NCBI GenBank assembly: GCA_024762895.1
Contig: JANTGN010000002.1
Coordinates: 1 to 41,208 of the forward strand
Reading direction: 5' to 3'
DNA: 41,208 nt
DNA from: Thiotrichales bacterium
GTDB lineage: Bacteria; Pseudomonadota; Gammaproteobacteria; J044
Shown here piece after piece: positions 9,238 to 20,449 of this stretch; the first letter of the stretch is position 1; each line of letters starts with the position of its first letter. Under the pieces are notes generated by a model, which saw only the letters and a list, made by a program, of their open reading frames with translations, ran no database searches and was not told the origin of the DNA. Both the position numbers and the translations under genes were made by a program.

Positions 9238-10407
9238 CTAATCTGCCTGCTTGCGCAGGAAGGCCGGTATATCCAGGTAATCCAGGTCGAAATCCCCATT
9301 AGCAGTTCTCGCAACAGGCTTGTGCTCTTTCGGCTCATGTCTCTGGACAGTTGGACGATCGTATTTACCGTAGTCGACCTCTTCACTTGGCTGCTCGACT
9401 TCGGCCTGTACCAGTGTGACTGCTTTTGGTGCCGGCATTTCTACCTGAGCCAGACCGCCCAGTCCTGTTGCAACCAGTGTGACCCGCAACTCATCACTTA
9501 GTTCAGGGTCAATAACGGTTCCCACCACGACAGTGGCATCATCACAGGCAAACTGTTTGACGGTATTACCGACTTCCTCGAATTCGCCGATCGAAAGATC
9601 CATGCCCGCGGTGACATTCACCAGGATGCCCTTGGCGCCCTTGATATTCACATCCTCCAGCAGAGGACTGAAAATCGCCTTTTCAGCGGCTTCTCTGGCG
9701 CGGTCCTCACCCTTGGCAGTACCGGTACCCATCATGGCCATACCCATTTCTGACATCACGGTACGCACATCGGCAAAATCAACGTTAATCAGGCCAGGGC
9801 GAGTAATCAGCTCGGCAATACCCTGAACGGCACCCAACAGCACATCATTGGCAGACTTAAAGGCCTCCAACAGACTCACCTGCTTACCCAGTACGCTGAG
9901 TAATTTTTCATTGGGGATAGTGATCAGGGAATCAACATGCTGACCCAGTTCCTCGATGCCCTGATCGGCGATCTTAAGACGACGCCCACCTTCGAAGGGG
10001 AAAGGCTTGGTTACAACGGCCACGGTGAGAATACCCATTTCCTTGGCAATCTGAGCCACGATCGGTGCGCCACCCGTTCCTGTTCCACCGCCCATTCCGG
10101 CGGTTATGAAGAGCATATCGGTACCGGCAATCACTTCCTGAATGCGCTCCCGGTCCTCAATGGCCGCTTCACGGCCCACCATAGGATCGGCACCAGCGCC
10201 CAGACCCTTAGTGATATTGCTACCCAGCTGAAGAACCGTCTTGGTTGATACGTTTTTCAAGGCCTGCGCATCGGTATTTGCACAGATGAAGTCGACACCT
10301 TCGATGTCCGTCGCCACCATATGCTGTACGGCATTACCACCGCCACCACCGACACCAATGACCTTGATCACGGCGTTTTGCGGATATGTATCCATCAGTT
10401 CAAACAT
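9238..10407 (-). CDS. ftsZ: cell division GTPase FtsZ
   Basis: The start was trimmed to MFELMD..., with GAGGAG upstream. Motifs: VIGVGGGGGNAV, the tubulin signature GMGGGTGTGGAP, and the C-terminal peptide DYLDIPAFLRKQAD. Confidence 0.97.
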   Translation of the reverse strand: MFELMDTYPQNAVIKVIGVGGGGGNAVQHMVATDIEGVDFICANTDAQALKNVSTKTVLQLGSNITKGLGAGADPMVGREAAIEDRERIQEVIAGTDMLFITAGMGGGTGTGGAPIVAQIAKEMGILTVAVVTKPFPFEGGRRLKIADQGIEELGQHVDSLITIPNEKLLSVLGKQVSLLEAFKSANDVLLGAVQGIAELITRPGLINVDFADVRTVMSEMGMAMMGTGTAKGEDRAREAAEKAIFSPLLEDVNIKGAKGILVNVTAGMDLSIGEFEEVGNTVKQFACDDATVVVGTVIDPELSDELRVTLVATGLGGLAQVEMPAPKAVTLVQAEVEQPSEEVDYGKYDRPTVQRHEPKEHKPVARTANGDFDLDYLDIPAFLRKQAD

Positions 10408-10441
10408 GGTCTTTCTCCTCACTCACTGCTGCAAAAAATTG

Positions 10442-11683
10442 TTAAAAGTTACCCTGAAACCAGTTCTTCATTCGTTCCCAGACGCTTTGCATCTTTCCTG
10501 AAGAACTCATATCAGTCTGTCCACTACTCAGGCCCTGTTTGCCGTAAAGCAAAAGTCCCACCCCCGTCGCATGAATGGGATTTCTAACCACATCCACGAG
10601 GCCGGAAATATATTGAGGAAGCCCCAGGCGAACCGGCATATGAAATACTTCTTCAGCCAGATCAACCACGCCTTCCATTTTTGAAGACCCCCCGGTAAGA
10701 ACAATCCCAGCGGCAATCAGCTCTTCAAATCCGCTGCGTCGTAACTCTGCCTGGATAAGGCTCATCAATTCCTCGTAACGGGGTTCAACGACTTCAGCCA
10801 GTGTCTGACGCGCCAGGCGTCTGGGAGAACGATCGCCCACGCTGGGGACCTCGATCTCTTCTTCCGGATTGGCCAGTTGCCTGAGTGCACAGGCATATCG
10901 AATCTTGATTTCTTCCGCGCTCTGGGTCGGCGTTCTCAGGGCCACGGCGATATCATTGGTCACCTGGTCCCCCGCGATGGGAATAACGGCCGTGTGGCGT
11001 ATGGCACCATCGGTAAATACCGCAATATCGGTTGTGCCTCCACCGATATCGACAAGGCAAACGCCCAGTTCCTTTTCATCATCCGTCAGCACGGAATAGC
11101 TGGAAGCGAGCTGTTCCAGAATTATGTCATCCACTTCCAGCCCACAGCGACGCACACACTTGATAATGTTCTGCGCCGCACTCACCGCTCCGGTCACCAG
11201 ATGCACCTTGGCCTCCAGCCTGACTCCGGACATGCCCACGGGTTCGCGTATCCCTTCCTGGTCATCGATAATGAATTCCTGGGGCAGGATATGCAGTACC
11301 TTCTGATCTGCAGGAATGGCCACTGCCCGCGCTGCATCGATCACTCGGTCTACATCGTAGGCCGTCACCTCTTTATCCCTGATGGCGACTATGCCATGGG
11401 AGTTCAGACTCCTGACGTGACTACCGGCAATACCTGCATACACCGAATGGATCTGGCACCCGGCCATCAATTCTGCTTCTTCCACGGCACGATGAATAGA
11501 CTGAACGGTGGACTCGATATTGACTACCACCCCTTTCTTCAGGCCACGAGAGGGATGCGACCCAATACCGATGATCTCGATCTCTCCTTCCGGATTCAGC
11601 TCACCCACAATCGCAACAACCTTCGAGGTCCCGATATCCAGACCTACAATCATCCCCTTGTCGGATTTCTTGGACATACTCAA
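10442..11683 (-). CDS. ftsA: cell division protein FtsA
   Basis: Actin-like ATPase motifs GLDIGTSKV and VDIGGGTTDIAVF are present. It lies between ftsQ and ftsZ. Confidence 0.96.
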   Translation of the reverse strand: MSMSKKSDKGMIVGLDIGTSKVVAIVGELNPEGEIEIIGIGSHPSRGLKKGVVVNIESTVQSIHRAVEEAELMAGCQIHSVYAGIAGSHVRSLNSHGIVAIRDKEVTAYDVDRVIDAARAVAIPADQKVLHILPQEFIIDDQEGIREPVGMSGVRLEAKVHLVTGAVSAAQNIIKCVRRCGLEVDDIILEQLASSYSVLTDDEKELGVCLVDIGGGTTDIAVFTDGAIRHTAVIPIAGDQVTNDIAVALRTPTQSAEEIKIRYACALRQLANPEEEIEVPSVGDRSPRRLARQTLAEVVEPRYEELMSLIQAELRRSGFEELIAAGIVLTGGSSKMEGVVDLAEEVFHMPVRLGLPQYISGLVDVVRNPIHATGVGLLLYGKQGLSSGQTDMSSSGKMQSVWERMKNWFQGNF

Positions 11684-12489
11684 TCCCCTTTCTTAAGGGC
11701 ATGCGCCCCGTCTGGCTGTTGATCCCAGGCTATTGCCAGCCCATTGCTGTAACGTAAATCTATACTTTTCACCTGATCCTTTCTCGCAGCAATCAGGCCC
11801 GGATAGGCCCGTATAAAACGTTGCAGGCGTGACTGTTGATCCCGTTGTCCCAGCGACAGCTTCAGGCCATTATTCAAGGCCAGCCCCCAGGATCCACGTC
11901 GATCTTCAACCAGGCTGTTCAGCACGAGGCCAATCGACGACAATTGATCATGTATATTCAGAAAGCTACTGATCAACTCGTGCCTTCTGGATTCAGAGCC
12001 ATGAATCATGGGCAGGCCCTTGGGCTGACTCTCATTGGCCGGCATAAATATCTCTCCATAGGGATTCAACAAGGCCTGATCACCCCAACGCGCCACGGCC
12101 TCCTGCTCAATAATCTGTATCTCAATGGTTTCCGGCCAGATTCTGCGTACCGAGACGTCGTACACCCAGGGCATATCGGCGATGACTCGCTCTATCGCCG
12201 GCAGATCAACACTGAAAAAATCTCTTTCTACCAGAGGCATGGCCCGCTGCTGTATCTCTTGGACATTCAGGTGCCGAAAATCACCGCTCACTCTCACCTG
12301 TTTCACAGGCAGGGCATTATCAGGAACCAGTCGGTAAACTGCCCAGACAACCATGACGATCAATAGTCCCAACATCATGATCCACACCCCTCGTGGGAGG
12401 CCTCGTTGCCTGACCTCGCCCAGGCGCTGGGCCTGCTTTTTAGGTTTTCTACGTTTTTCCTTTGCCACGACAGCATCACGACCTCTCAT
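11680..12489 (-). CDS. ftsQ: cell division protein FtsQ
   Basis: 269 aa. It has a basic N-terminus, a single TM (VWIMMLGLLIVMVVWAVY), and a POTRA-like segment (VRVSGDFRHLNVQEIQ). It sits in the ddl-ftsQ-ftsA position. Its start overlaps the ddl 3' end by 14 nt. Confidence 0.88.
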   Translation of the reverse strand: MRGRDAVVAKEKRRKPKKQAQRLGEVRQRGLPRGVWIMMLGLLIVMVVWAVYRLVPDNALPVKQVRVSGDFRHLNVQEIQQRAMPLVERDFFSVDLPAIERVIADMPWVYDVSVRRIWPETIEIQIIEQEAVARWGDQALLNPYGEIFMPANESQPKGLPMIHGSESRRHELISSFLNIHDQLSSIGLVLNSLVEDRRGSWGLALNNGLKLSLGQRDQQSRLQRFIRAYPGLIAARKDQVKSIDLRYSNGLAIAWDQQPDGAHALKKGD

Positions 12490-13408
12490 GTACCAGACTA
12501 GTCGCCAGGATTTTCATAACCAGCGCTTCAAAGCTCATACCCGCTGCGCGGGCCGCCATCGGCACCAGGCTATGGTCCGTCATACCAGGCACAGTGTTCA
12601 CCTCGATCAACCATGGCCTGTCCTTAGCATCAACCATCAGATCCACCCTGCCCCAACCGGTCGCACCACTGGCTTCAAATGCCTCTAAGGCCAGTTCCTT
12701 CAGCGTACTTTCCTGTTCGGCTTCCAGACCACAGGGACAGAGGTATTGAGTATCTGTGGACTGATATTTTGCTTCGTAGTTATAAAAGGCCTTGGGTGTT
12801 TCTAAACGAATCACGGGCAGGGCCTCTCCTTCCAGCAGAGCGATGGTGTACTCCTCTCCCGTAATCCATTGCTCAGCAAACACGGGGCAGTCAAAACGCG
12901 CGGCTTCCTCATAGGCCGTCTTGAGATCCTTAACGGCCTCTACCTTGGACATGCCTATACTGGAACCTTCACTAGCAGGTTTCACGATTAGAGGCAGGCC
13001 CAGTTCAGCAACCACCGATTCGAAGTTCGTAGCCTGCTTTAAGACAAGATGCCGAGGAGTAGGCAGGCCTGAACCCAGCCACAGGCGCTTGGTCATGAGC
13101 TTATCCATGCTTAAAGCCGAACCCATGACCCCAGAACCGGTGTAAGGTATACCCATCAGTTCCAGCACACCCTGGATCACACCATCTTCACCACCACGAC
13201 CATGCAACATATTAAAGGCACGGTCATACTGGCCTTGTTGTAACAACTGCATGACATCACGCCCAACATCTACGGCGTCCACACAGACCCCGGATTCCCG
13301 TAATGCCTTATAGACTGCCTGACCACTCTTTAATGAGATCTCACGTTCTGCCGACCAGCCACCCATCAGCACTGCCACCTTGCCAAATTCTGAGGTCAGC
13401 GTACTCAT
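12476..13408 (-). CDS. ddl: D-alanine--D-alanine ligase
   Basis: ATP-grasp protein with VAVLMGGWSAEREISLKSG, HGRGGEDG and EVNTVPGMT motifs. Confidence 0.95.
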   Translation of the reverse strand: MSTLTSEFGKVAVLMGGWSAEREISLKSGQAVYKALRESGVCVDAVDVGRDVMQLLQQGQYDRAFNMLHGRGGEDGVIQGVLELMGIPYTGSGVMGSALSMDKLMTKRLWLGSGLPTPRHLVLKQATNFESVVAELGLPLIVKPASEGSSIGMSKVEAVKDLKTAYEEAARFDCPVFAEQWITGEEYTIALLEGEALPVIRLETPKAFYNYEAKYQSTDTQYLCPCGLEAEQESTLKELALEAFEASGATGWGRVDLMVDAKDRPWLIEVNTVPGMTDHSLVPMAARAAGMSFEALVMKILATSLVHERS

Positions 13409-14304
13409 GAGACAGCCTCCCCGATAATGCGTACTTCTGGAATCAAATTAACGCCAGATTGTTCTCGAACCTTTTCCTGTACCCTCAGAATCAGGGCCTC
13501 AATATCGGCGGCCCTGGCCCCACCCTGGTTAAGAATAAAATTGGCATGTTTCTCGGAGACGCAGGCACCACCAATACAGACCCCCTTCAGGCCTGCCTCC
13601 TCGATCAGCCGTCCGGAATAATCACCTTCCGGGTTGCGGAACACGGAACCACAACTGAGGCTCCCTATAGGCTGGCTTGCGTTACGTTTTTCCAGCAGGC
13701 CTTTAATACGTAGCAATGCTGCTTCTGCATCGCCCTCTTCGAGTTCAAACTCTGCCGCCACGAACCATTCCACCTGTGGCCCCTTGACCGAGCGATAATC
13801 AATTTCATATTCCTCGGGGCTACGACGATGGAGGGATCCCTGATGATCGACTGTCTCTACCACAACGATACGGTCCCAGGTCTCACCGCCAAATGCCCCT
13901 GCATTCATGGCCAGGGCACCACCGACCGTACCGGGTATCCCCGCCAGAAACTCAAGACCGACCAGACCCTCACGGGCACAGAATCGAGCTGCCTTGGCAC
14001 AACTCACACCGGCCTCAATTCGAACGCGTTTGCCCTCCAGTCGTTGCAGCTCATTCAACTGCCCCTGAAGGGAGATGACTGTGCCACGAATACCACCATC
14101 ACGAATCAGGAGATTACTCCCCAGGCCGATCCAGGTGAGCGGTTCATCGATCGGTATCTGGCCCAGAAAGTCGCAGAGATCTTGCAGATCCGCGGGCTTA
14201 TAAAGCCGATCGGCAGGACCACCGACACGCCAGCTGGTGTAACTGGCCAGCTCTTCGTTTAGCCTGAGTTCTCCTCGATAGGTCATTGTCTCGGCCACAT
14301 TCAT
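13405..14304 (-). CDS. murB: UDP-N-acetylenolpyruvoylglucosamine reductase
   Basis: FAD-binding MurB pattern: [34 protein letters not shown], and the C-terminal domain. Confidence 0.93.
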   Translation of the reverse strand: MNVAETMTYRGELRLNEELASYTSWRVGGPADRLYKPADLQDLCDFLGQIPIDEPLTWIGLGSNLLIRDGGIRGTVISLQGQLNELQRLEGKRVRIEAGVSCAKAARFCAREGLVGLEFLAGIPGTVGGALAMNAGAFGGETWDRIVVVETVDHQGSLHRRSPEEYEIDYRSVKGPQVEWFVAAEFELEEGDAEAALLRIKGLLEKRNASQPIGSLSCGSVFRNPEGDYSGRLIEEAGLKGVCIGGACVSEKHANFILNQGGARAADIEALILRVQEKVREQSGVNLIPEVRIIGEAVS

Positions 14305-15728
14305 GACTCTTCCCCGTTGGCAGACAACTGCTGCGGCAACGCGGTAGCAAGGGCGCCTACGTTACCGGCACCCTGTGTAAGGATGACATCCCCATCCTGA
14401 ATCAGGTCTCGCAGGGTATCAGCCAGTTCCTCATGTTCTTCAACAAACACCGGATCCACCTTTCCACGCATGCGTATGGCACGACACAGGGCACGGCTAT
14501 CGGCGCCTGGTATGGGGTCCTCATTGGCAGCATAAACTTCCAGGACCACCAGGCTATCGACTTCGGATAGCACACGGGTGAAATCTTCAAACAGGTCTCG
14601 CGTTCGTGTATAACGATGGGGCTGAAAGACCAGTACCAGTCGGCGATTGGGCCATGCCTGGCGCGCTGCCTGCAAAGTTGCCTCAATCTCTGTCGGATGA
14701 TGGCCATAGTCATCGACCAACAGGACCTTTCCATTTTTAGTCGTGACTTCGCCCTGGATCTGGAACCGACGGCCCACACCCTGAAACTGACTGAGTGCCT
14801 TCTGAATCGCCTCGTCTGACACACCCAGTTCATGGGCCACAGCAATACTGGCCAGGGCATTGAGGACATTATGCTGTCCCGGCATATTCAGTGTGACCGA
14901 CAGCAGGCTTTCACGATCTGGCAGGTGCACATCGAAGTGACTACGCGTACCTTCATATCGAATATGCTCTGCTCGAACATCGGCCTCTTCCTTCGTACCA
15001 TAGGTCAGGACCATACGCGTCACTTCCGGAAGAATGTCGCTGACTCCCTCATCATCAATACAGAGTAGCGCCAGGCCGTAAAACGGCAGATGATGCAGGA
15101 ACTCAATAAAGGTCGCACGAAGGCGGTTGTAATCACCGCCATAGGTATCCATATGATCAGGCTCGATATTGGTCACTACGGCCAGAGTGGGCTGCAGATA
15201 CAGGAAAGAGGCATCACTCTCATCGGCCTCAGCCACCAGATACTTGCCTCGACCCAGCCAGGAGTGGCTATCGGTACTGTTCAGACGCCCACCAATGACA
15301 AAGGTAGGATCCAGATCACCCTCAGCCAGCAGACTGGCAATAAGGCTGGTAGTCGTGGTCTTCCCATGGGTACCCGCAATGGCAATGCCGTAACGAAAAC
15401 GCATTAGTTCGGCCAGCATCTCCGCACGGGGTACCACCGGTATGCGTAACTCCCGCGCCCTGACTACCTCGGGATTATCATCTCGAACAGCCGAGGATAC
15501 GACGATGGCATCCACACCGTTCACATGTGCAGCATCATGTCCGATATAAACTTTGACCCCCTGGTGTTCCAGGCGACGGGTCACGGCACTTTCCGCAATA
15601 TCCGAACCGGACACCGTGTAGTCCAGATGGGCAACCACCTCGGCAATCCCCCCCATCCCGGAGCCACCGATACCCACGAAATGTATATGACGTATTTGCC
15701 GCATGGTCATGGTATCGACAACGGTCAC
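14301..15728 (-). CDS. murC: UDP-N-acetylmuramate--L-alanine ligase
   Basis: [18 protein letters not shown] plus the Mur ligase P-loop [12 protein letters not shown]. Confidence 0.96.
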   Translation of the reverse strand: MTVVDTMTMRQIRHIHFVGIGGSGMGGIAEVVAHLDYTVSGSDIAESAVTRRLEHQGVKVYIGHDAAHVNGVDAIVVSSAVRDDNPEVVRARELRIPVVPRAEMLAELMRFRYGIAIAGTHGKTTTTSLIASLLAEGDLDPTFVIGGRLNSTDSHSWLGRGKYLVAEADESDASFLYLQPTLAVVTNIEPDHMDTYGGDYNRLRATFIEFLHHLPFYGLALLCIDDEGVSDILPEVTRMVLTYGTKEEADVRAEHIRYEGTRSHFDVHLPDRESLLSVTLNMPGQHNVLNALASIAVAHELGVSDEAIQKALSQFQGVGRRFQIQGEVTTKNGKVLLVDDYGHHPTEIEATLQAARQAWPNRRLVLVFQPHRYTRTRDLFEDFTRVLSEVDSLVVLEVYAANEDPIPGADSRALCRAIRMRGKVDPVFVEEHEELADTLRDLIQDGDVILTQGAGNVGALATALPQQLSANGEES

Positions 15729-16810
15729 GAGACACCCCCCAACTCGATACAGATATCTGCTACTTGCCGAGTCGCCTCAGGGTGAGCCAGACCACGTGCC
15801 TTAGTGGCCATGTCGATCAGGCGTTCCCTGTGTTGAGTCAAATCAAGAATATGGTCGACCAGCTTTTCCTCAGTCATGTCTGACTGGGGTATCAGGATGG
15901 CGGCGCCCTCATCGGACAGATAAAGGGCATTGCCCGTTTGATGATCATCGACGGCATAGGGATAAGGGACCAGTATCGAGGCCACACCGACTGCAGCCAG
16001 CTCCGAAACGGTCAACGCTCCGGCTCGACAGATCACAAGGTCCGCCCAGCTATAGGCCGCGGCCATATCCTCGATGAATGGATCCACCCTGGCCTCAACC
16101 GCTGCTTCCTGATAGGCCGAACGCGCCTCTTCTATTTTTTTAACACCGGCCTGATGCCAGATCTCGGGACGATCAACCAGAGATAGTTTTGCCATAGCGC
16201 CAGGTATCGTCTGGTTAAAGATCTGAGCCCCCAGACTGCCGCCAATCACCAGCAATCTTAACCGAGTACCATGATCCTTCATGCGCTCTTCAGGCATAGC
16301 AACATCCGTGATACTGACACGGACGGGATTACCTACCGTCTGGATATTGCGCTCCTGACCAAAACTACCCGGAAAGGCCTGCAGTACGCGAGTGGCCATT
16401 CGAGAGAGAATACGATTGGTCAGACCGGCTACCGAGTTTTGTTCATGGATAACCAGAGGAATGCGCAGCAGTGCCGCCATTGCCCCTCCGGGACCAGACA
16501 CGAATCCTCCCATGCCCAACACCAGACCAGGACGATATCGGCGCAGGGCCGATAGCGCCTGCCCCATGGCTACCAACAATCTGAATGGGGCCATCAGCCA
16601 GCTTAAGGCCCCTTTTCCACGCAGGCCACTAATCTTCATCCATGCGATGGGAATACCGGTCTCGGGAATCAGCCTGGCCTCCATACCACCACGACTACCC
16701 AACCAAACGACCGGCACGTCACGGGCCATCAGATCCTGGGCCACCGCCAGGGCAGGAAAGATATGCCCCCCGGTTCCACCAGCCATTATCATTACGGGGC
16801 GCCGGCTCAT
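15725..16810 (-). CDS. murG: undecaprenyldiphospho-muramoylpentapeptide beta-N-acetylglucosaminyltransferase
   Basis: The N-terminus [16 protein letters not shown] is present and the gene is in the dcw position. Confidence 0.95.
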   Translation of the reverse strand: MSRRPVMIMAGGTGGHIFPALAVAQDLMARDVPVVWLGSRGGMEARLIPETGIPIAWMKISGLRGKGALSWLMAPFRLLVAMGQALSALRRYRPGLVLGMGGFVSGPGGAMAALLRIPLVIHEQNSVAGLTNRILSRMATRVLQAFPGSFGQERNIQTVGNPVRVSITDVAMPEERMKDHGTRLRLLVIGGSLGAQIFNQTIPGAMAKLSLVDRPEIWHQAGVKKIEEARSAYQEAAVEARVDPFIEDMAAAYSWADLVICRAGALTVSELAAVGVASILVPYPYAVDDHQTGNALYLSDEGAAILIPQSDMTEEKLVDHILDLTQHRERLIDMATKARGLAHPEATRQVADICIELGGVS

Positions 16811-18015
16811 CGCTTCTTCCTCATCATGGCATGGGCGGAGGTACTGGGCTTGGATGAGGCATCGTGCACCTCACGATGAATACGTAACAACATGCCGAAG
16901 ACGGCACACATCACCAGCATACTGGAGCCGCCGGCACTCATAAGCGGCAGCGTCAAACCCTTGGTAGGCAGTATGCCCATGTTCACACCCATATTGATAA
17001 AGGCCTGTAAACCTATCCAGATACCAAACCCATAGGCGAGATAAGCACCAAACATGTGCCCGACTTTTTCGGCTGCGGCCCCAATCGCAAAACAACGCCA
17101 GATGATGTAGCTGAAGATTATGACCACAGCCACTACGCCCATCAGTCCGAATTCTTCTGCAAAGACAGCAAACAGAAAATCATTATGGGCTTCTGGCAGA
17201 TAGAATAATTTCTGAATGCTGGACCCCAGACCCATCCCGGTCCAGGAGCCACTACCAATGGCAATCAATGACTGAGTCAACTGAAAGCCACTATTAAAAG
17301 GGTCCTGCCAGGGGTCAAGGAATGAAGTCAGACGTTTCATTCGATACGGAGATGAAATAGCCAGCACCGACAGCCCTGCAATCACGATGGCCATAAGCGC
17401 AGCAAATTGGCCCAGTCGCGCGCCACCGAGGAATAACATGCCCATACCCATGGCCATCAGGACCACGGTGGCTCCAAAGTCCGGTTCCATCAGCAATAGC
17501 ACAGCACAAAGACCCAGCACCATGATGGGTTTGAGGAAACCTTTAAAGGTCTCGCTCACCTCTTCGCTTTTGCGGACCAGATAGCCAGCCATATAAATGG
17601 CGACAAATAACTTGGCAAACTCGGACACCTGCAAACGGAACAGGCCCATGGGTAACCAGCGCGTACTTCCGTTGACCGTATGCCCCACTCCCGGGATCAA
17701 AACCAGCACTAACAAAAACAATGCAAACAGGAGTAAGCCGCGTCCAGACCGATCCCAATGCGTAAGACGTAAACGATACATCCCCACGGCGATGATCAGG
17801 CCCATGATCACAAAGACCACCTGACGCTGAAAGAAAAACAGAGGATTACCATACTCACGATCGGCCACCGTAATTGATGCCGACGCCACCATGACCAAAC
17901 CCAGCGCCAGTAACACGGCAACGGCCAGCACCAGGCCAAGATCCAGCCTTTGCTGGAGCTGAATGCGCTGACCTTCTGCTGCTCCACGACTCGCCTGCAG
18001 TGCTGAAGTACTCAT
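16807..18015 (-). CDS. ftsW: SEDS-family peptidoglycan glycosyltransferase FtsW
   Basis: 402 aa polytopic membrane protein. It has FQPSE-like SEFAKL and LPEAHNDF motifs and lies between murD and murG. Confidence 0.93.
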   Translation of the reverse strand: MSTSALQASRGAAEGQRIQLQQRLDLGLVLAVAVLLALGLVMVASASITVADREYGNPLFFFQRQVVFVIMGLIIAVGMYRLRLTHWDRSGRGLLLFALFLLVLVLIPGVGHTVNGSTRWLPMGLFRLQVSEFAKLFVAIYMAGYLVRKSEEVSETFKGFLKPIMVLGLCAVLLLMEPDFGATVVLMAMGMGMLFLGGARLGQFAALMAIVIAGLSVLAISSPYRMKRLTSFLDPWQDPFNSGFQLTQSLIAIGSGSWTGMGLGSSIQKLFYLPEAHNDFLFAVFAEEFGLMGVVAVVIIFSYIIWRCFAIGAAAEKVGHMFGAYLAYGFGIWIGLQAFINMGVNMGILPTKGLTLPLMSAGGSSMLVMCAVFGMLLRIHREVHDASSKPSTSAHAMMRKKR

Positions 18016-19367
18016 GCGAGTAACTCCTTCACCAGCCTGACGAAGGTCTCACCACGCTGCTGATAATGACGGAACATATCGAAACTGGCGCAGGCCGGTG
18101 AAAACAGAACCACATCGTTGGGCCGGGCCTGATGTGCAGCCTGTGACACGGCCTCTTCCAGGCTTCTGACGCGCACTACGGGTACGACATTATTGATTGC
18201 CAACTCGATCTGATCGGCATCTTCACCAAACAGGATCACACTCCGTGCCTTGTCACGTAATGCCGATTGCAGATCCGAAAAATCAGCACCTTTACCCTGC
18301 CCGCCAGCTATCAGTATCACGGCTTGTGAAAGACCGTTCAGTGCTGCAATGGTTGCGCCGACATTTGTTCCCTTGGAGTCATTGAACCATGTAACGCCAT
18401 TCGACTCAGCCACCCATTCACATCGATGTGCAAGGCCCGCAAAGGTTCGAGCAGCCTCAACGGCGGCATCCAACGAAATACCCGCTGCATCGGCAAGCGC
18501 CATGGCCGCGAGGACATTCGAAATATTATGCCGCCCGGGCATGCGAATGTCTGAGGCCTTCATGATGGATTGCCGACCACGCACCAGAACCTCGTCACCG
18601 TTGTCCCTTATTAACCCAAAGTCCTGTTCAGTGCTGGGCGCATCCAGACCAAAAGAGACTAAACCTGGGGCTTTAACCAAGGTACTCGCTATCGGATCAT
18701 CACGATTCACAATGCATACCTGTGCATGGTGATAAATACTACCCTTGGCCTGGGCATAGGCATCCAGATCGTCATAACGGTCCATATGATCTGGGCTGAT
18801 ATTCAGAACCACGGCGGCAAGGGGCCGCAAGGATGTCGTAGTCTCTAACTGAAAACTTGATAGCTCCAGTACGAACAGATCGGCCTCGGTATCTTCCAGC
18901 AGGTCCAGGGCCGGCGTACCGATGTTGCCGCCGACGCCCGCCTTGATTCCCGCTATTCTGGCCATCTCTCCCACCAGGGCGGTCACCGTACTTTTGCCAT
19001 TTGAACCGGTAATCGCGATGACCGGCCTGGTCACAACTCGTGCAAACAGTTCCACATCACCCAGAATCTCCTGACCGCTCGCCCTGGCCCGTGCAATCTC
19101 CGGCGTATTGACAGAAACCCCCGGGCTGACAATTAATTGTTCGGCCTGTCTAAGCAACTCGGTGTCAAAATCACCATAATGGGTAATGGTGCCTGGAAAG
19201 GCCTGGTTAAGTTCGTCCTTACCCGGCGGATTCCTGCGACTATCAACCACGGCAAAGCCCTGCCCCTGCCGGGACAGATAGCGTGCCACCGAAAGCCCGG
19301 TTGTACCCAGACCCACGATGACATGTTGACAGGCTTGATGCTTCATTATACTGATAGCCGATTCCAT
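18012..19367 (-). CDS. murD: UDP-N-acetylmuramoylalanine--D-glutamate ligase
   Basis: VIVGLGTTGLS Rossmann N-terminus and the P-loop ITGSNGKSTVTAL. The ATG at 19367 overlaps the mraY stop (TAATG). An alternative ATG exists at 19346. Confidence 0.93.
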   Translation of the reverse strand: MESAISIMKHQACQHVIVGLGTTGLSVARYLSRQGQGFAVVDSRRNPPGKDELNQAFPGTITHYGDFDTELLRQAEQLIVSPGVSVNTPEIARARASGQEILGDVELFARVVTRPVIAITGSNGKSTVTALVGEMARIAGIKAGVGGNIGTPALDLLEDTEADLFVLELSSFQLETTTSLRPLAAVVLNISPDHMDRYDDLDAYAQAKGSIYHHAQVCIVNRDDPIASTLVKAPGLVSFGLDAPSTEQDFGLIRDNGDEVLVRGRQSIMKASDIRMPGRHNISNVLAAMALADAAGISLDAAVEAARTFAGLAHRCEWVAESNGVTWFNDSKGTNVGATIAALNGLSQAVILIAGGQGKGADFSDLQSALRDKARSVILFGEDADQIELAINNVVPVVRVRSLEEAVSQAAHQARPNDVVLFSPACASFDMFRHYQQRGETFVRLVKELLA

Positions 19368-20449
19368 TAACGTAACTTCAGGGTCGCAAGACCAATCAGG
19401 ACCAGGATAACCGTGATAATCCAGAACCGAACAATGATTCGCGGCTCAGGCCAGTCCTTCAGTTCAAAATGATGATGCAGCGGAGCCATGCGGAAGATAC
19501 GTCTGCCCGTTAACTTGTAGGAGCTGACCTGCAGGATGACCGAGACGGTCTCCATCACGAACACCCCACCCATCACGAACAGCACCAGCTCCTGGCGTAC
19601 CATTACAGCCACCACACCCAGAGCTGCACCGAGTGCCAGGGCGCCCACATCACCCATGAAGACCTGGGCCGGATAAGCGTTAAACCAGAGAAAGCCCAGA
19701 CCGGCCCCGACTAGCGCGGCACAGAAAACAACCACTTCACCGACCCCGGCGACATAGGGAATTGCAAGATAATTAGCGAAGTACACATGCCCGGATAGAT
19801 AGGCAAATATGGCCAGGGCCCCCGCCACCAGGACCGTGGGCAAAATAGCCAGGCCATCCAGCCCATCCGTGAGATTCACGGCATTACTGCTACCCACAAT
19901 GACCAGATAGGCCAGCGGTATAAAGCCAATACCTAATGGGATCATTACCGTCTTGAAAAAGGGCATAATCAGGGTTGTTTCGATCGGCTCCTTGGCCAGG
20001 TAGTAGAGTGTGACTGCAGCACCCAGTCCCACCACTGTCTGCCAGAAATACTTGGCCTTGGCCGAAAGACCTTTACTGTTGCCATACTTGAGCTTTTTGA
20101 AATCATCCACACCACCGATTACGCCAAACAACATCATGGTGCCAAAGGCAATCCAGACAAAACGATTATTCAGATCACTCCAGAGCAAGGTACTGATCGC
20201 AACGGCCAGCAGGATCAGGGTGCCCCCCATCGTCGGCGTACCTGCCTTGGTCAGATGGGTTTGTGGTCCATCATCCCGCACCATCTGTCCAATCTTGTAC
20301 TGACCCAGCTTTCGAATCACCAACGGCCCGATCAGGAATGAAATCACCAGGGCGGTTAGCACACCCAGGATGGCGCGCAAGGTGAGATACTGAAAGACAG
20401 AAAAGGCCGACTCAAACTGGCTCAGATAATTGAACAGGCTAAGAAGCAT
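19367..20449 (-). CDS. mraY: phospho-N-acetylmuramoyl-pentapeptide transferase
   Basis: 360 aa multi-TM protein with [13 protein letters not shown] and [11 protein letters not shown] motifs. Confidence 0.96.
   Translation of the reverse strand: MLLSLFNYLSQFESAFSVFQYLTLRAILGVLTALVISFLIGPLVIRKLGQYKIGQMVRDDGPQTHLTKAGTPTMGGTLILLAVAISTLLWSDLNNRFVWIAFGTMMLFGVIGGVDDFKKLKYGNSKGLSAKAKYFWQTVVGLGAAVTLYYLAKEPIETTLIMPFFKTVMIPLGIGFIPLAYLVIVGSSNAVNLTDGLDGLAILPTVLVAGALAIFAYLSGHVYFANYLAIPYVAGVGEVVVFCAALVGAGLGFLWFNAYPAQVFMGDVGALALGAALGVVAVMVRQELVLFVMGGVFVMETVSVILQVSSYKLTGRRIFRMAPLHHHFELKDWPEPRIIVRFWIITVILVLIGLATLKLR

Noticed and set aside
10877-11722. 281-aa plus-strand ORF
   Set aside because: It is antisense to ftsA, whose identity is unambiguous. 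It is His/Gly/Arg-rich with no recognisable domain.
16392-16943. 183-aa plus-strand ORF, along with many similar 60-180 aa ORFs inside secA, the mur genes, ftsW, ftsI, petB and others
   Set aside because: All are antisense or out-of-frame within strongly recognisable conserved genes. They are treated as shadow ORFs.
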